A stretch of 64,000 nt of DNA from Octopus sinensis. Taxonomy: Eukaryota. The DNA is taken from positions 49,290,001 to 49,354,000 of the forward strand of contig NC_042998.1 of assembly GCF_006345805.1 (NCBI RefSeq). Direction: 5' to 3'. The first letter of the stretch is position 1, and each line of letters starts with the position of its first letter. The position numbers and the translations under genes were made by a program. Positions 24,776 to 39,111 of this stretch are shown here, one piece after another. Below the pieces are notes generated by a model. It did not search any database. It was not told the origin of the DNA and worked only from the letters and a program-made list of their open reading frames with translations.

Positions 24776-25614
24776 GTAAGTATTGTATGTTGTGTTTAAA
24801 CCAGTAGCAGGAAGTTCTCTAGACACGTTACAAATACAAGATTATTTTAGACAAACTAAATATTTGCATGTGAGCATTTGTGTGTATATCAGGCAGAAGG
24901 CCTTGTTCAAGGTGGCCAAGTACAGATGTCCTGACAAATTTATTACCCTGGTCATTGAAAGTGAGAAATAAACAAGTTCATGTTCTGGCATGCATACTTT
25001 TCATTTTGATGATTTTAAGTAAACAGCAATATCTGGCCCAAATATTCTACCTTTTATTTTCAAACTAACCAGATTCAGCCTATCACACCTACCTTACAAC
25101 GCCATTCTAAAAATAGGCAGTCAAACCACAGAAATCTTTAAGCTACAAGATAAAGCATGGTTAATTCAAACCAATGTGAACTAATAAGCATTCGACAGAG
25201 TAATCTGAATGCTAAAGTTTAAGTGGATGGAACTTGGGAAGCGGGGGACTACAAAGATATGGGATGAAATGGAAAAGACCGAGGGGGTGGGGGCAGGGCA
25301 TCACAATAATTACTGATCCACACAGTTCTGATAAAGACATGCCCACTCATGCAAACAGCATAATGAACTTAAAAATAATGATAATAAAGGAGGCTGGGAG
25401 ATGCATATGTATGTTTCAGCTATCACCAAATATATCTTTCATAAATCTCCATCTTGTAGTCACTGCTTCTTCAATACCCTTTCATCTCTCTATAATTAAT
25501 CAGTCTCTCACCTGTCCCCACTCAACCTTCCCAACATTCCACTGCACCACACTGTTTCCTATCATCCTACTTTCACACTAGCACTTTTTGACAAGGTACT
25601 ACACTCTCTAGTCT

Positions 25615-26880
25615 GGTAGTTGCTAAGAAAACTATCAGGTGATTAATGGTTTGTGAGAACAGTGCAAGCCACGTATAGAACTGTAGTCAGCAAAGTCAAA
25701 GTTCACAATGAATTCAATGAGGAATTTAGTGTGAAAATGGGTGTACATTAAGTCTTAGTTCTCAGTTCCTTCCCATTTATTGTAGTTCTGCAACCATTAA
25801 CAGAGGAGCTTAAAACTGGCTGTCAGTAATAAGTCTTCTAAAGTGATGACCTAACAATACATATAGCAGAGATAGAGATTGTGGAAGATTTAGATAAGAA
25901 ATTCTAAATATGAAAATCAGACAGAATTAAAAGGCTTCAGAGTAAACTAAGTAAAGACTAAAGTTTTTTGTAAGTAGGAAAGAATACAGTACGTTTCTAT
26001 CAGAGAAATGGCCATGCTTATTATGCAGAAAAGGTGTAGGTAGAAATTTCATATGCTGTACTCTAAGTGATTTATGGAGGCCCAAGTAATGTACAGGAAT
26101 CAAAGGCAGTGAATTAAGACTGTTGTAGATGCACAAAACTACTTAGCAGTCAAGGAACCAATAAAATTCTTTCAAATGCTTGAAAGGCTGTATAAGAGTA
26201 GTTGATAGCTTCTGTTGCCTTGAAAAACCTAATCAACAGTGGTGGAGAGAGTGCTGAAAGCACAGTAGCCAGAATAACAGGATGGAAAAAAGTTCAGGAG
26301 TTATTTACTTTTAACAATAAAAGGATTAATTTTTTTTTTGTTTTGAGCAAAAGGCAGATTGTAGGATGATGGCGTGAAGGCTGAAAAGAAAAGAATAAAC
26401 ATGCTTAACTAGATTTGCAGAGTTTTTGTACATGAAAGACATGGAACAGATAAGCTGAGAGAAAAACAATTGTATATCAGGAATCAGATGTAGTGTGAAA
26501 GAGAAGACTAAAAAGCACCCACTACACTCTCGGAGTGGTTGGCATTAGGAAGGGCATCCAGCTGTAGAAACTCTGCCAAATCAAGATTAGAGACTGGTGC
26601 AGCCATCTGGTTCGCCAGCCCTCAGTCAAAATCATCCAACCCATGCTAGCATGGGAAGCGGACGTTAAACGATGATGATGATGATGCATTGTACAGATAT
26701 GTAATGCCTAAGGATAACAGTTAGATAAAGAAGTGCTAGAGATCCATACAGAAGGAAACAACAGAAGACCAAGAAAATTATGGGAATAAGTGTTGAAAGT
26801 TAATCTCAGGATGCTTAACTTCACAAAAAAGACAAATGTAACAAGTAACAGGGCAACGTGTTGGAGAGGGCCCAGTCAAT
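25615..26880 (+). mobile_element. Old RTE RT fragment with a younger RTE tail nested at about 26506-26686
   Basis: Frameshifted RT and Zn-finger homology to 8950-9990; near-consensus tail ending gatgatgatgatg inside it. Confidence 0.75.
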
Positions 26881-26900
26881 CTATTCAAGTATGGAAAAGG

Positions 26901-26926
26901 TGTAGGTAGGTAGGTAGAGAGAGAGA

Positions 26927-26958
<32 letters not shown>

Positions 26959-27032
26959 AAGAAAGGTAGAGAGAGAGAGAGAGAGTGAGAGATAGAGAGA
27001 GAGAGAGAGAGAAAGAAAGAAAGAGAGAGCAA
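26901..27032. repeat. Compound (TAGG)/(GA)n/(GAAA)n microsatellite
   Basis: Seen directly in the sequence. Confidence 0.9.
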
Positions 27033-28061
27033 GTGAGTGAGTTATGATATTCAGAGCAAATGTAATTAATGGGGAAATTATGGGGTATTTGATCTGTGTA
27101 GCATTGTGCAATAAAGTCTTCCTTTGATGATCCATTGTGGTTCAGCATCCAATTGCACTTGGAACATACAGTGTAGAAGCTTCAAATAACTACAATGGAG
27201 AAACATATACAGGAAACAAATGATATAAGTTATGTTTATGAATTTGTTTTGCAAGACTCCTGATGTGAAATTATCTGTTGAAACAGATATTGTATTTCGG
27301 GATGGTCATTTTTTTCCCCTCTATATTTTCATTCTTCACTCATTTATAACTGTTCTTAATCTAACTCATGTTCACTGTTCATGAAATAAGTGGAGCAAGA
27401 GCACACATGAAGACAGAAAGTGTCAGTGAAGTGGTCACAGGTGTGTGATGAAAGATTTCCTGATAATGGACACTAGTTAGAATAATAATAATAAACGAGT
27501 GAAGAATGAATATATAGTGGCAAAAAAGAAAAAAAGACCATCCCAGAATACAACAATAATATAAGCTTGTGTTTGTCGTAATTTTTCATATATATATATA
27601 TATTTCGGTTTGGGATTTGGTTTGCAAGATTCTTTATGTGAGCTCGTGTGTTGAAGCATATTCTGTTGTGTCTGGGGAGAGTCATTCTCTTTTGATGCCT
27701 TATTGGTATACTTTAGTGTTTTTCTCTCACAATTTAACAATGTCCCACATTGCATTTGAAGTACCAGTTCTAGTACAATATTCAAGAAGGGAAATCTACT
27801 CCTCTGATATTAAAACGAAGGCTAAAATAAATAAATAAGAAGTCGCTACAGAAACAGTGACATTGGAAACAAAGAAAAGAGCTGAAGATTAGTTCTGACA
27901 GCTTTATAATCATATAAGATATTACTCAGCACCTGTTAAAATGGCAGCAGCAAAAGCTTATACAATCACAAGCCAATAGGTCTAGTTTCTCAATAATTGA
28001 CTGACTCTTCCTTACATTACATGTTAACTCCTTAAAAATGGAAAGCATTGGATACATTAAA

Positions 28062-28206
28062 AACATACTCACCACTTCTTTTTTTTTTTTTTTCTAAAAT
28101 TTTCGTTGTGTCTTGCAACCTTTACAATAGTCGACTACTGAAAAGGTTGCAAGATGCAATGGAAATTTTAGAAAAAAAAAGTGGAAATTTTATCAGTGAG
28201 TATGTT
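28062..28206. repeat. About 145-bp spacer-less imperfect palindrome
   Basis: Centre tagtcgacta at 28128-28137; tcttgcaaccttt/aaaggttgcaaga; catactcac/gtgagtatg. Confidence 0.85.
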
Positions 28207-28660
28207 AAATTATAAGGCACCAACAGTTTATATATATATATATATATAAATTGCAAAGTCAGACCAAACAACACCTGACAAACAATTTTAGCAGCAAGAA
28301 CAGGTTGTTTCTACAACCTTAGTCACCGAACATAATGCAAAAGGCAATGTTTTCTGACTGACTTTCACAGAAAAGTATTGCATAACAAATGTTGAATCAT
28401 CTGATACAAAGTCACAGAGCATAATTTTCAATGCAAAACCTATCATGAAAGATGTCTAAAACTCAAACCTTATAAGGCCACTGACCCTATACTAAGTTCA
28501 ACAAGAGTCCTAAAAGGCTGTTGCATGGAACTAGCCAGTGCCCCACCCCTTTCCATGTATATTTCACATTAGCTTTCCTTGTGATTATTTCCAAACTAGA
28601 GTAAGACCACCAAATAAGAGGGATTTGTGATCTGTATCAGTACTTTGCAATATAATTTAA

Positions 28661-30076
28661 CCCTTTTGATACCAACCTGCCTGAAACTGCCTCTGGCTCT
28701 GTAGTACAAAAGTCTCATTTTCAAAAGTTTTGAATAAAAATCTTCCATCAAACCTTAGTCACAATTTCTGTTCCCAACACTAGAGTAATAACTAAGTTAT
28801 TTTACTAAATTCATCATCATTGTTTAACATCCTTTTCCCATGCTAGCATCGGTTGGATGGTTCGACTCGGATCTGGGAAGCCAGGAGGCTGCATCAGGCT
28901 CCAGTCTGATCTGGCAGTGTTTCTACAACTGGATACCCTTTCTAACATCAACCACTCCATGAGTGTAGTTGGTGCTTTTTATGTGCCACCAGCACAGGGG
29001 CCAGGAGGCTGGCAACGGCCACAATTGGTTGGTGCTTTTTACATGTCACTGGCATGTAAACCAGTCAAGGCAGTGCTGGCATTGGCCACATTCAGATGGA
29101 GCTTTTTATGTGCCACCGGCAGAGATCACAACTACAATTTCCATTTGATTTTCATTTTGATGTTGATGTACTTGACTCAAAAGGTCTCCTCAAGCACAGC
29201 ATGTCACCCTATGATCCAAGGTACTTTGAATGGGCTGGGGCTGGTGATGCGAAACTGGTGTAGGATACAGCCATGAACTCACTTTATTTTCTGGGTGTTC
29301 ACGGTCACAGCGTATCTCCAGAGGTCTCGGTCTTTCGCCATTGCCTTTGTAATGGCCCAACGTTCGAAGGTCATGCTTCACCACCTCATCCAATGTCTTC
29401 CTGGGTCTACCTCTACCCTGGATTCCTTCAACTGTTTGGGAGTGGCACTTTTTTCACACAGCTCTCCTCATCCATCTGGATCATACCAGCACAAACGTCT
29501 CTCTTGCATGCCACATCTGATGCTTCTTATGTCCAACATTTCTCTCAGAGCACTTACACTTTGTTGTGTGTGCACACTGACATTATACATCCAGCAGATC
29601 ATGCTAGCTTCATTTCTTTTGAGCCTACACATGTCCTCAGCAGTCACGGCCCATGTTTCACTGCTGCAAAGTGTGACAGTTCGCACACATGCATCGTACA
29701 ATCTACCTTTCACTCTGAGCAAGAGGCCCTTTGTCACCAGTAGGGGTAGAAGCTTTCTAAACTTTGCCCAGGCTATTCTTATTCTAGTGGTAACACTCTC
29801 TGAGCATCCACCTCCACTACTAACTAGGTCATTTAAGTAGCGGAAGCTATCAATTACTTCTAGCTTCTTCCCCTGGAATGTGATGGAATCTGTTTTCTGA
29901 GCATCTGTGGTGTTTATTGCCCCTGTGCATCTGCCACACACGAAAGCTATCTTCCCGGTTAATCTTCCTTTGATACTGCCACACCTCTTATGTGTCCATA
30001 GCTTACACTGGGTACATCTTATGGAGTTTAATTGAAAGAAACAGAGTATCTCAACAGAAATATGGTAACAAAAGGG
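28661..30076. mobile_element. TTAA MITE family 1, split by a 1.2-kb RTE
   Basis: TTAA|CCCTTTTGATACC ... GGTAACAAAAGGG|TTAA; the two halves match 5986-6206 in reverse. Confidence 0.75.
28812..30025 (-). mobile_element. Decayed RTE (Zn finger to 3' tail) inserted in a TTAA MITE
   Basis: ORF 29468-29941 gives [32 protein letters not shown]...RLYDACVR; (CAT)n at the left end. Confidence 0.85.
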
Positions 30077-31196
30077 TTAATAGACTTTAAACAAAGATGG
30101 AATCTAAAGGAATGCCAGTGAAACTATTAAAATGATTGCAAAGCTGCCTTAAGATCCCATCACGATAATTCTTTCAGGTCAATACTCCGATCAGTTATCA
30201 AGCAATGCATGAGTTTCACAAGGATTAATACTCGTGTAAACAAGTTGTATTTTTACAATAAAAATTTCACACCATTCCCATTGGTGTAGAAACAGCAGCA
30301 AAAGATCAAACAAGAGGACCTCTACATGGTGGCTCAACACGTAGAAATAACAACCATATCTCTTTTTGATTATATCCAGTTAACTTAAAGAAAAAGTAAA
30401 GGACACATGTAGTTCTTGATACACAATGCCAAAGATAAAATAGTCAAAGCTGAAATGTCTTTAATCATATGTCAACTCAAGTAGGACTGACATGAGGCTT
30501 AACTCTTTACTGTTCAGATTATTCTGTCAAATGTAATGCTTATTTATTCACATTGTTTTGAATTAATCATATATTATCTTATAGCTCCAGGATTTTGATG
30601 ACATTGTTTATTTTTAGAATGACATTGTAGTGTAGGTGTGAGAGGCTAGATCTAGCTGATTTGAAACACACATAAAACAGGTAGAATATTTAAGGTTCGA
30701 TATGACTACTTCCAATGCTAAATGGTTAAACGGCAGCAGTCATCGTTAATAAAGAGCTTGTCAGAATGAACCCAGGCAAAGAAGCAGAAGCTATTGTAGG
30801 AGCAACAGGATAGGCAGAGATAGCCAAAGGTAATGCTAAAGTGACAATGTCTGTGATCTGTTCTTGAATCTTATCATCACTAATGAAGTCTGATGGATAT
30901 GTATGCTTGGGTTCAATATTATCCAATATTAAAAGAAATTAATATAATTTTACTTTGCTGATACTATGATTAACCATGTCTATATTATCATCTAATATAG
31001 CCACAAAGCCTAAATTTTCAGACAGGAGTATACTTGTTCATTTCAGTTTATTTCATGAACCAGGCAGGATGGAAAGCAAATTTAACTTTGGTGCAATTTG
31101 AACTCAGGACTTAAAAAGAACTAAATACTGTAAAATTTGCTAATCTACTGATTTTGTTAATCCACTGCCTTTGCTATGCCAATAATATAAAGGGAG

Positions 31197-31198
<2 letters not shown>

Positions 31199-31258
<60 letters not shown>
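31199..31258. repeat. (TA)n(CA)n microsatellite
   Basis: Seen directly in the sequence. Confidence 0.9.
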
Positions 31259-33017
31259 TACATATAAATCAAGTTGATCTAATAATCTGTTCACATAGGA
31301 ATTCTAGGCAAAGGTTCGTAAACTATAAACTGTGTGAAAGAGCTAGAAAACTGGCAGCTATGTAATCAATGGCCTAATTATCAACCCTGCTCTGGACAAT
31401 GACAACCACAAATACCAGAAAATAGCTGAGAGAATATCCCATAAAACAAGAAAAATTCAAAATGAATACCTCAAGTATATCCAAACACAAATAATTAGCA
31501 ATTAGTGTTTTTCTCTCACAATTTAACAATGTCCCACATTGCATTTGAAGTACCAGTTCTAGTACAATATTCAAGAAGGGAAATCTTCTCCTCTGATATA
31601 AAAACCAAGGCTAAAATAAATAAGAAGTCACTACAGAAACAGTGACATTGGAAACAAAGAAAAGAGCTGAAGATTAGTTCTGACAGCTTTATAATCATAT
31701 AAGATATTACTCAGCACCTGTTAAAATGGCAGCAGCAAAAACTTATATAATCACAAGCCAATGGTCTAGTTTCTCAATAATTGACTGACTCTTCCTTACA
31801 TTACATGTTAACTCCTTAAAAATGGAAAACATTGGATACATTAAAAAAAGTTGACAACATCTTGAATCAGCTGATCTGGACTGACTTACAAATAGAAGGA
31901 GCATTTATATATTAAGAATATCTATGAAGTCAAGAGTGGACTCAACGGGGAAGGAAGAGCATTAGCTCAGACTAGCAAGACAGATTCATTTTAAGATTTG
32001 GAAGAGAACTGTAAAGTATATCAACAAAAATGGTTTGTACAAGGGAATAATGTCAAGATAAGTAGGGATTGTACCAACACTAGGACTAGTAACTGATAAC
32101 CCAAGTCACACTTTGAAAACTATGCCTTGGCAATACAAATTTAACAGACCACGATAAATTAGATAAACTCCAAAGTGGAACAAAACTTGACTTATTTTTT
32201 TATGGAAAACAGAATACACAATCAGCTGCTGCTCAAGGATGTCATCAAAACATTACTCATATGAAGCCATATGTTATTTCAATACCATCCTGAGGAAGAA
32301 CTTTCCAGGGTAAGTGTAACCCCCTCCCCCTCTCCATGACATTGATGGAATATTCTAAATGTACAAATAGATGTATTGATACAGTCATAGGACAGAAAAT
32401 CTGTATTGTCTAGGAAGTCAGATAGTAACTAATGAAAATCATTTAATTCATACAAATTTAAAAAAGAAAAACAATTACAACTGTTTTGAGAAGTTACAAC
32501 CACTATACCTATGGATGTTTTTGACAATGTTACTATAGATTTAGGTAGTAACCTTGAAAAGTTAGGGTTCTCATACAAAGAAGAAAGACCCATAACGAAT
32601 ATACAACAAATTCAATCTGTAAGTCATTAAAAGAACAAACAAAATTTTTCTAAAGTATAATATGTAATTTTAAGTTATCAAAATATCCATAAGTAAGCAT
32701 TGTTTCTTTATGATCTGTGGTGTGTTATGTAATATTTCTCTTAAACATGTGTATGATTATTCTGTAGTTTTTATTCATAAAGAACTAATTCCATAGGAAT
32801 ATATATTTAACCTTTCTCAGCAGTAACTGAGTTATAGCAAATATGATGCATATACAAGTCTCTCACTGTGTTGGATATTTTTTGTACACTTCTAAGGAAT
32901 TGGACAATCTATTCTGGACACCAACTGATATATAATCTTAGAGAACAAGCATGTTTTTTAATGTATCATAGTTAAATGAAATAAAAGAAATCACAATTTT
33001 TTTTGACATGAGGTTTA

Positions 33018-33848
33018 CTACAAAAACACATGTAATTTGGTGCAACTGTGTAATTTATGCAGGTGATTTTTAGGATAAAAATTGTTAAAAAAAGCTTCTA
33101 CTCATGTAAAATTTGCATCTAAAAGTTTTCAGAATTGCTGATATGGCCAGGGGAAAAAAAAGTTTCCAACTTAGTTGTATTTAGCATAATTTCACTTACT
33201 TAATAGATTAGATTTTATTAAATTCTCATTAAATAAAAATAATTTCTGTTTAACAGGTATCACATTAAAAGCTATTAAATTATATAGTGTTTGTGTTGTT
33301 TATAATACACTTTATTTTACATTGCCCACAAGAGATCATGTCTGATCTTTAGCATACAGCTGTATGTCTTCTCAAATCACGATCACAGGAAAAGTTCTTG
33401 ATAAGAATTATCAACAAAAACAAAGCTGATAAATACGCACAGGTGTTGCAAATTAAGTTTAATTAACAATAAACATCAGATTGGATGACACTTTTACTCA
33501 ACTGAGTAAAATATGGCTCGGATTGTGATTACCATCACGAATGTCAGACTTCAAAAAGTAGTTAACTATTTAATGGTTTTAGTAAATTTATACAGAAAAA
33601 GTAAGCATTATACCATCCAGCATAAATAAAAGTCAACTTCATTATATTTAAGCTCTTATTTTTTTCTGTAAAAACCTATTCTGACATTAAATGACTCAAC
33701 TTCTGGTGTGAATGTATGTATTTTTTCAACAAAAAAAATTTCTAAAAAAATTCCAGAAATGATCTACTCATGTAATTTTTACACACCCTTAAAATTTATT
33801 TTTGTGAAAAAAAAAAAATAAAAGTGCAAATTACATGTGTTTTTACAG
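33018..33848. mobile_element. Second, internally deleted copy of the same TA-flanked MITE
   Basis: TA|CTACAAAAACACATGTAA ... TTACATGTGTTTTTACAG|TA; homologous to 2250-2623 and 1311-1575. Confidence 0.75.
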
Positions 33849-34436
33849 TATACATTTACCTAAGGGTTAAAGATCTCAAAGTCACCTAAAACATTTTATA
33901 CATAATACACACCATAGAACACCATCAATGAGGAAAAAACTGAAAAAAAAAAACTTGCAAAATCTTAATTTTATGAAGAAAAAAATTAAAATAAGTAAAT
34001 AAATAAAATGAAATAAATTGCTTCAGAAATTAGAATTTGTCAAATTTAAATTATTATGGTCATATAATATATATATATATATATATAAACCTGTTTCCCC
34101 TTTTTATATCTTAGTTTTAGTTTTATTAACTTTTACTTCTGAGAACATTTATGTGCCAAATTTATATATGAAGGTTTAGAGAAATAGTTTTTTATGTAAC
34201 TGAATTATGCAAGGTATTTTTGGTTTGATGGCTTCCACTAAAGTAAACAAACAATGGCCATCTTCCAAGAAGGCAAAAATTATTTCATCTTCTGAATATG
34301 ACTTTCCATGCTTGCATGAGTTGGACAGTTATTCGAGGTGAAATATCAGGAGTGTTTGTTGATAAGAGAAACTGACAACATTTCCATGCAAGTGATTGCA
34401 GATGTAAACAAATACACAAACATATATATATATATA

Positions 34437-35145
34437 TATGGCTGTGTGGTTAGGAAGCTTGCTTTCTAACTACATGGTTTCAGGTTCAGTCCCACTGCGT
34501 GGCACTTTGGGTAGGTGTCTTCCGCTATAGCCCTCAGCCGACCGGAGCTTTGTGATTGAATTCGGTAGCCGGGAGTTACTGCAGTGTATGTATGTGTGCG
34601 TATAGCTGCTCAGTGCTTCTCCGAAAGAGACAGAGGAAGATATATATATATCTGTGACTGCCTTCTTCCATTTTCTATCAACCAAATCCATTCACAAGGT
34701 CTTGGTTAGCCTAGTATAAAATTCTTGCCCAAAGTGGTGTGCAGTTGGACCAAACCCCCAAACCATGTAGTAGGGAAGGAAACATCTAAATCATAGAGCC
34801 ATGCTGGCACTTCTATACTCATACACACATACTTTTTCATGTTAGCATGGGATGAACAAAACTGTCTGAGGCAGTATTCTATGGCCAGATGTCCCTCTCG
34901 ATGCCAACTGTAGTTCTGTTTCACATAAGATAGTTAGTTCTAGATTAAACCACTAAGAGACATCTTGCATACTTTGATTTTGGGAGACATGTCAAGCTGA
35001 AGCAGTATCCGTATGATGTTGAGCTTCTACACAGTTTCTGCTTATTGAATTTTCCTCACAAGGCACTGTGTGCCCAAAGAGCCACATGGTGGGATAGAAT
35101 CTGAAACCATATAGTTACAAAGCAAAGTTCTTAGCTACATATGCA
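34437..35145. mobile_element. Cluster of three SINE-A heads (plus 34437-34590, minus 34655-34810, minus 35035-35145)
   Basis: tRNA-like head and CORE-like motif in each. Confidence 0.7.
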
Positions 35146-37014
35146 CACACACACATTATATATATAGGCATAGGTATCCCAACCTTCCATGTAGACATGT
35201 CCAGAATTTGTGCTGTTCATGTTTGAAGAGCTAGAAGAAATAGCACTTTGCTTGGAAACAAGTGAGATTTGCTGCCTCATCAAATTAATCTGACTTGAGC
35301 AAGAATAGAATAGCAAATGTTAAAACAATGATGATAATGTATGACTAAAAAACACATTTTCTAGAGATTAATATACAGAGATACAATGGGTGCTCAAGTA
35401 TCCATTAACTGCTTGGGACACATTGATTTCAATTGATTTCAAAATAGTAAAACTTTTTGCGTAAATGTGGGATCTAGAATCAACCCATCTCTTAAATATT
35501 AGCAATAAATTATTCCAGATGCTTTGATTGAAAATGCCAATTATTCAAAGTCATCTTGAGACATTTCTTGCACTTACAGCTCACCAAACCATAAGGTACT
35601 TAATTAACTCTCAAACTGCATCAAAGTTCTCAGGGTTTTCAAACACCACTTATACTGTTTTAGTTTGCACAGAAAATACAGAAAAACTTCATTTCTTCAT
35701 TTCAATAGCTAACCAGATTTTTATGCCATTTTTTTTCTCATGTTAAAATAGGGTCTCTACTTAGATATCATTCTAGCTGCATATATACAGTTTTCCAATT
35801 TCTACTCTATAACTACATCTTGCTTTTAATCAAAATATTGTATATTAATCACACAAATTAGTCAAACTGAGATTCTCTGCCAATTCTACACTGGTTATTC
35901 ATGGTAGCTATTCTGCAACAATGCCAACCTATTGGAGACACCCAAATGAGTAACAGAGCAAATCCTCCACAAATTCATACCAAAACCTATAATTAATCCA
36001 AAAATAATCAAATGGTTAACAAGAAGCAGTACTAGAGGTGAACATGAAAAAACATACAGCTTACAACATTAAGAGGAAATTCTTCTACCAACAAGTAGGT
36101 AGAGATGAACACTGTTATGAAATGCAGTAATTATTTTGATTATTCATGTTGAACAAGAAAAGAACTTCACAGTAGTCTAGACATTACCATAGAACAATGT
36201 ATACACAAACTGGTTTTGTCCTCGTCAAATTCTTTACCTTCTCTCTATGGGCAATTATTCAACACTTGGTTAATTACTTAATTACAAACTACATCTTCAA
36301 TATATATATATAACTAGAAAAAAAGACCATGCCAGTTGCCTTCATATCTAGCAGACCTAATAGTAAAACAAGTGATTATTGCCAATATTATGTTGGGTCC
36401 CTTTTCATGTTCAGTGACAATTTCAATTTCCCAGGACCAAATATTTTTTTTTACCATTGAGAACTTTAGCAAAAAGAGCAAATTCTTTGCATCTGATACC
36501 AGAATCTAGCTAAGTTGCCTGATTATTGACTATCTCAAAACAATCAGACAGGGTTAGAAACTTTCTGACAAGCTGAAATGACATCAAGGGCAGACAAAGC
36601 CTTTTTTAAAACTCTGATGACACTTACAATCACAAAACTATGTGTCTTTTATCTTTTATACTAACAGACACACTTTAATGTCTTTAGACAGAGATCTCTC
36701 CAAACTATGTAGTAAAAGGAATTTACAAATTATTTCTAAGCCCCAGCACCATCATTCACACACCCTACATGCCAAAGAAACGAGTTAAAAAGATAAAATT
36801 CTCCCCCTACTTCTTGTGAATAATACCCACATTGAAGTACCATACCCTTTTTAACAACTAATCCTAATAATTTCTGAAAACCTTTAACTGATGTTAAATC
36901 CATATAGAAGACTGTATTTATACTAGACCAAACCTACTTTAATTTTGTATGGCTGCTAATCTTTTACAGATGTCTAAGAAATTCTGCAGAAAGAGGGTTT
37001 CAGGAAACCCTCCA

Positions 37015-37378
37015 CCCCATAGGCATACATGTGGCAAGATGTTTGCTTCCCAATCACATGGTTCTGGGTTGTCCCACTTCATGACACCTCGGTCAAGTGT
37101 CTTCTATGATAGTCTTAGGCTGACCAAAGCCTTGTGAGTAGATTTGGTATAAGGAAACTGTAAGAAGCATGTTATGTATGTGTGTGTGTGTGTGTCTATA
37201 TTTGTTCCCCACCTCTGCTTGACAATAGGTGTTGGAGTGTTTACATTTTGATAACTTAGTGGTTCAGCAAAAGAAAGTGATAGAATAAGTATCAGGTTTA
37301 AAAAAAAAAAGTACTGGGGTCATCTTCAAGCTGGTGCTCCAGCATGGCTGCAGTACAATGACTGAAACAAGTAAAAGA
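37015..37378 (+). mobile_element. SINE-A, full length
   Basis: Head, (TG)n centre, 3' gtgctccagcatggctgcagtacaatgactgaaacaagtaaaaga. Confidence 0.8.
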
Positions 37379-37826
37379 TAACAGATATACACACTTCAGA
37401 ACATACACAAAAAAAAAAAAGATAAAGCTTAAAAAGGAAAATAGAATAAAATAGCTTTCATCCAAGACACAGGCAGCAACTTGTATCTTCTGCTATTGTA
37501 GCAGTCTCTCTCTGAAATGAGCTATTCATTACCTCATCTACATAAACCAATTCAGTACCTCACTTCTTAATGCTCATAACTCAATAGACTATATTTTGTA
37601 GAAGTGTATCTTGCTGAAACTACCTTTAAACATGTATTAACTGCTCTAATCTCAGTTGTTTGGATATCAGGTCTATTTCTGGAAACATTGGCTCTCACTG
37701 CATATACTCCTCAGAGAAACAAAAGAATAAGCAGCAATTCTCAAATAGAGAGCCTTTGGCTCTAGGGGTACAATTTCAGTCAAAGGTAGAACTACAAACT
37801 GAGCAATGTAAGAATGTACTCTCTCC

Positions 37827-37859
<33 letters not shown>

Positions 37860-39111
37860 TGGAGAGAGAAAAAGAGATTCTTCCTCTGGGAGCCACATGC
37901 CTTTCATTAGAGAATGTGATATCATGGGTTATTTCCTAGTTTAGGTGAAGAACTTGGCCAAGGACCAAAATGCATTAAAAAGAGAAACAATGAATTAGAA
38001 GGAAAAATGAGATTGTTCAGGGGCATGCTAGTTATAAAATCAGTAGCTACAATACTTTGCTGTAGTTGTTCCACATCTCTGCACTCAAATCCCACTGAAG
38101 TTAAGATTGTCTTTCATCTTTTCAGTCAATAAATAAAATACTTGTCTCTTTCTCTCAGAATCAGCTATGTTGCACAGTCAGAAATGCGTTGTTAGACCTA
38201 CACACAGCTTCCTTTTCTCTAAAAACCTTCCTACTCTCAGTTATACTTTCACCAACACTCTGCAGTAATTATAACAGTTAGGTAACAAATTACTAACTAC
38301 ATCTAGTCAATCATCTGAACAGATCATGTGTCCCCCATGGTTAGTTACTCTTAGTGTACTAGTTATTTTGCACATACTCAGTATTAAGTTAGTTTGTTTC
38401 CTGTTACTAACCAGCATTTTGGTTTTTGACATGTTGGTCATTTACACCATTTGTACATCTTTCAGGAATTCTAGATTAAGCGATCAAATTACAAAAAAAT
38501 TCTCCATGAAAACCAGTTCTTAACTCTTGTGTTATAACCTCACAAACTATAATGAACGGGAAGCTGATGATCATGTACTGATACATCAAAATCCTTCATT
38601 GAAATCACTACAAATACACAGTCTTGCACAGTTTTCTTAGTACTGTCAAAATTTTTTTCCCGATATACAAACATAAAGCCTAAAAAAAAAAATCCCATTG
38701 CAAATGTCTAACAGAGGTTCCACATTCTACCTTAAATTAAAACTACACTCTTACAAGCTAACTTAATCATATCAACTTTATTAACACTCTCTTAATTACT
38801 TTCAAAACTTGGTCCTACAGGTTCACCCATTAGCATTTAAACCAGCCATATCAGGCCCTAATATTCAAGTTTAAACCAGCCAGATACAGCTTTCACAACT
38901 ATCCTATGATGTCATTCTAAATATAAACAATCATATCACCAACCTCTTGAAGCTTTGAAATAATGTATGATTAATTCAAAACAATGTGAATAAATAAGCA
39001 TTATATTTCGCAGAGTAATCTAAATGCTAAAGGGGTTAGGGTCTCTGTAAACGCTCCCCTCCACTACATTCTCATTTACCTTTGTAGTATTTAATCATGA
39101 CACTGTTATAG

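Larger units (their letters stand above)
27713..31847 (+). repeat. About 350-bp direct duplication: 27713-28063 and 31502-31847
   Basis: Base-by-base match with only a few substitutions and small indels. Confidence 0.9.

Noticed and set aside
30755-30885. C box (GTGATGA) and D box (CTGA) on the minus strand
   Set aside because: No terminal stem and no rRNA or snRNA target that I could recognise.
32212-32310. Plus-strand exon-like stretch ending CCAGG|gtaagt
   Set aside because: Only one open frame, with no recognisable protein and no partner exons.
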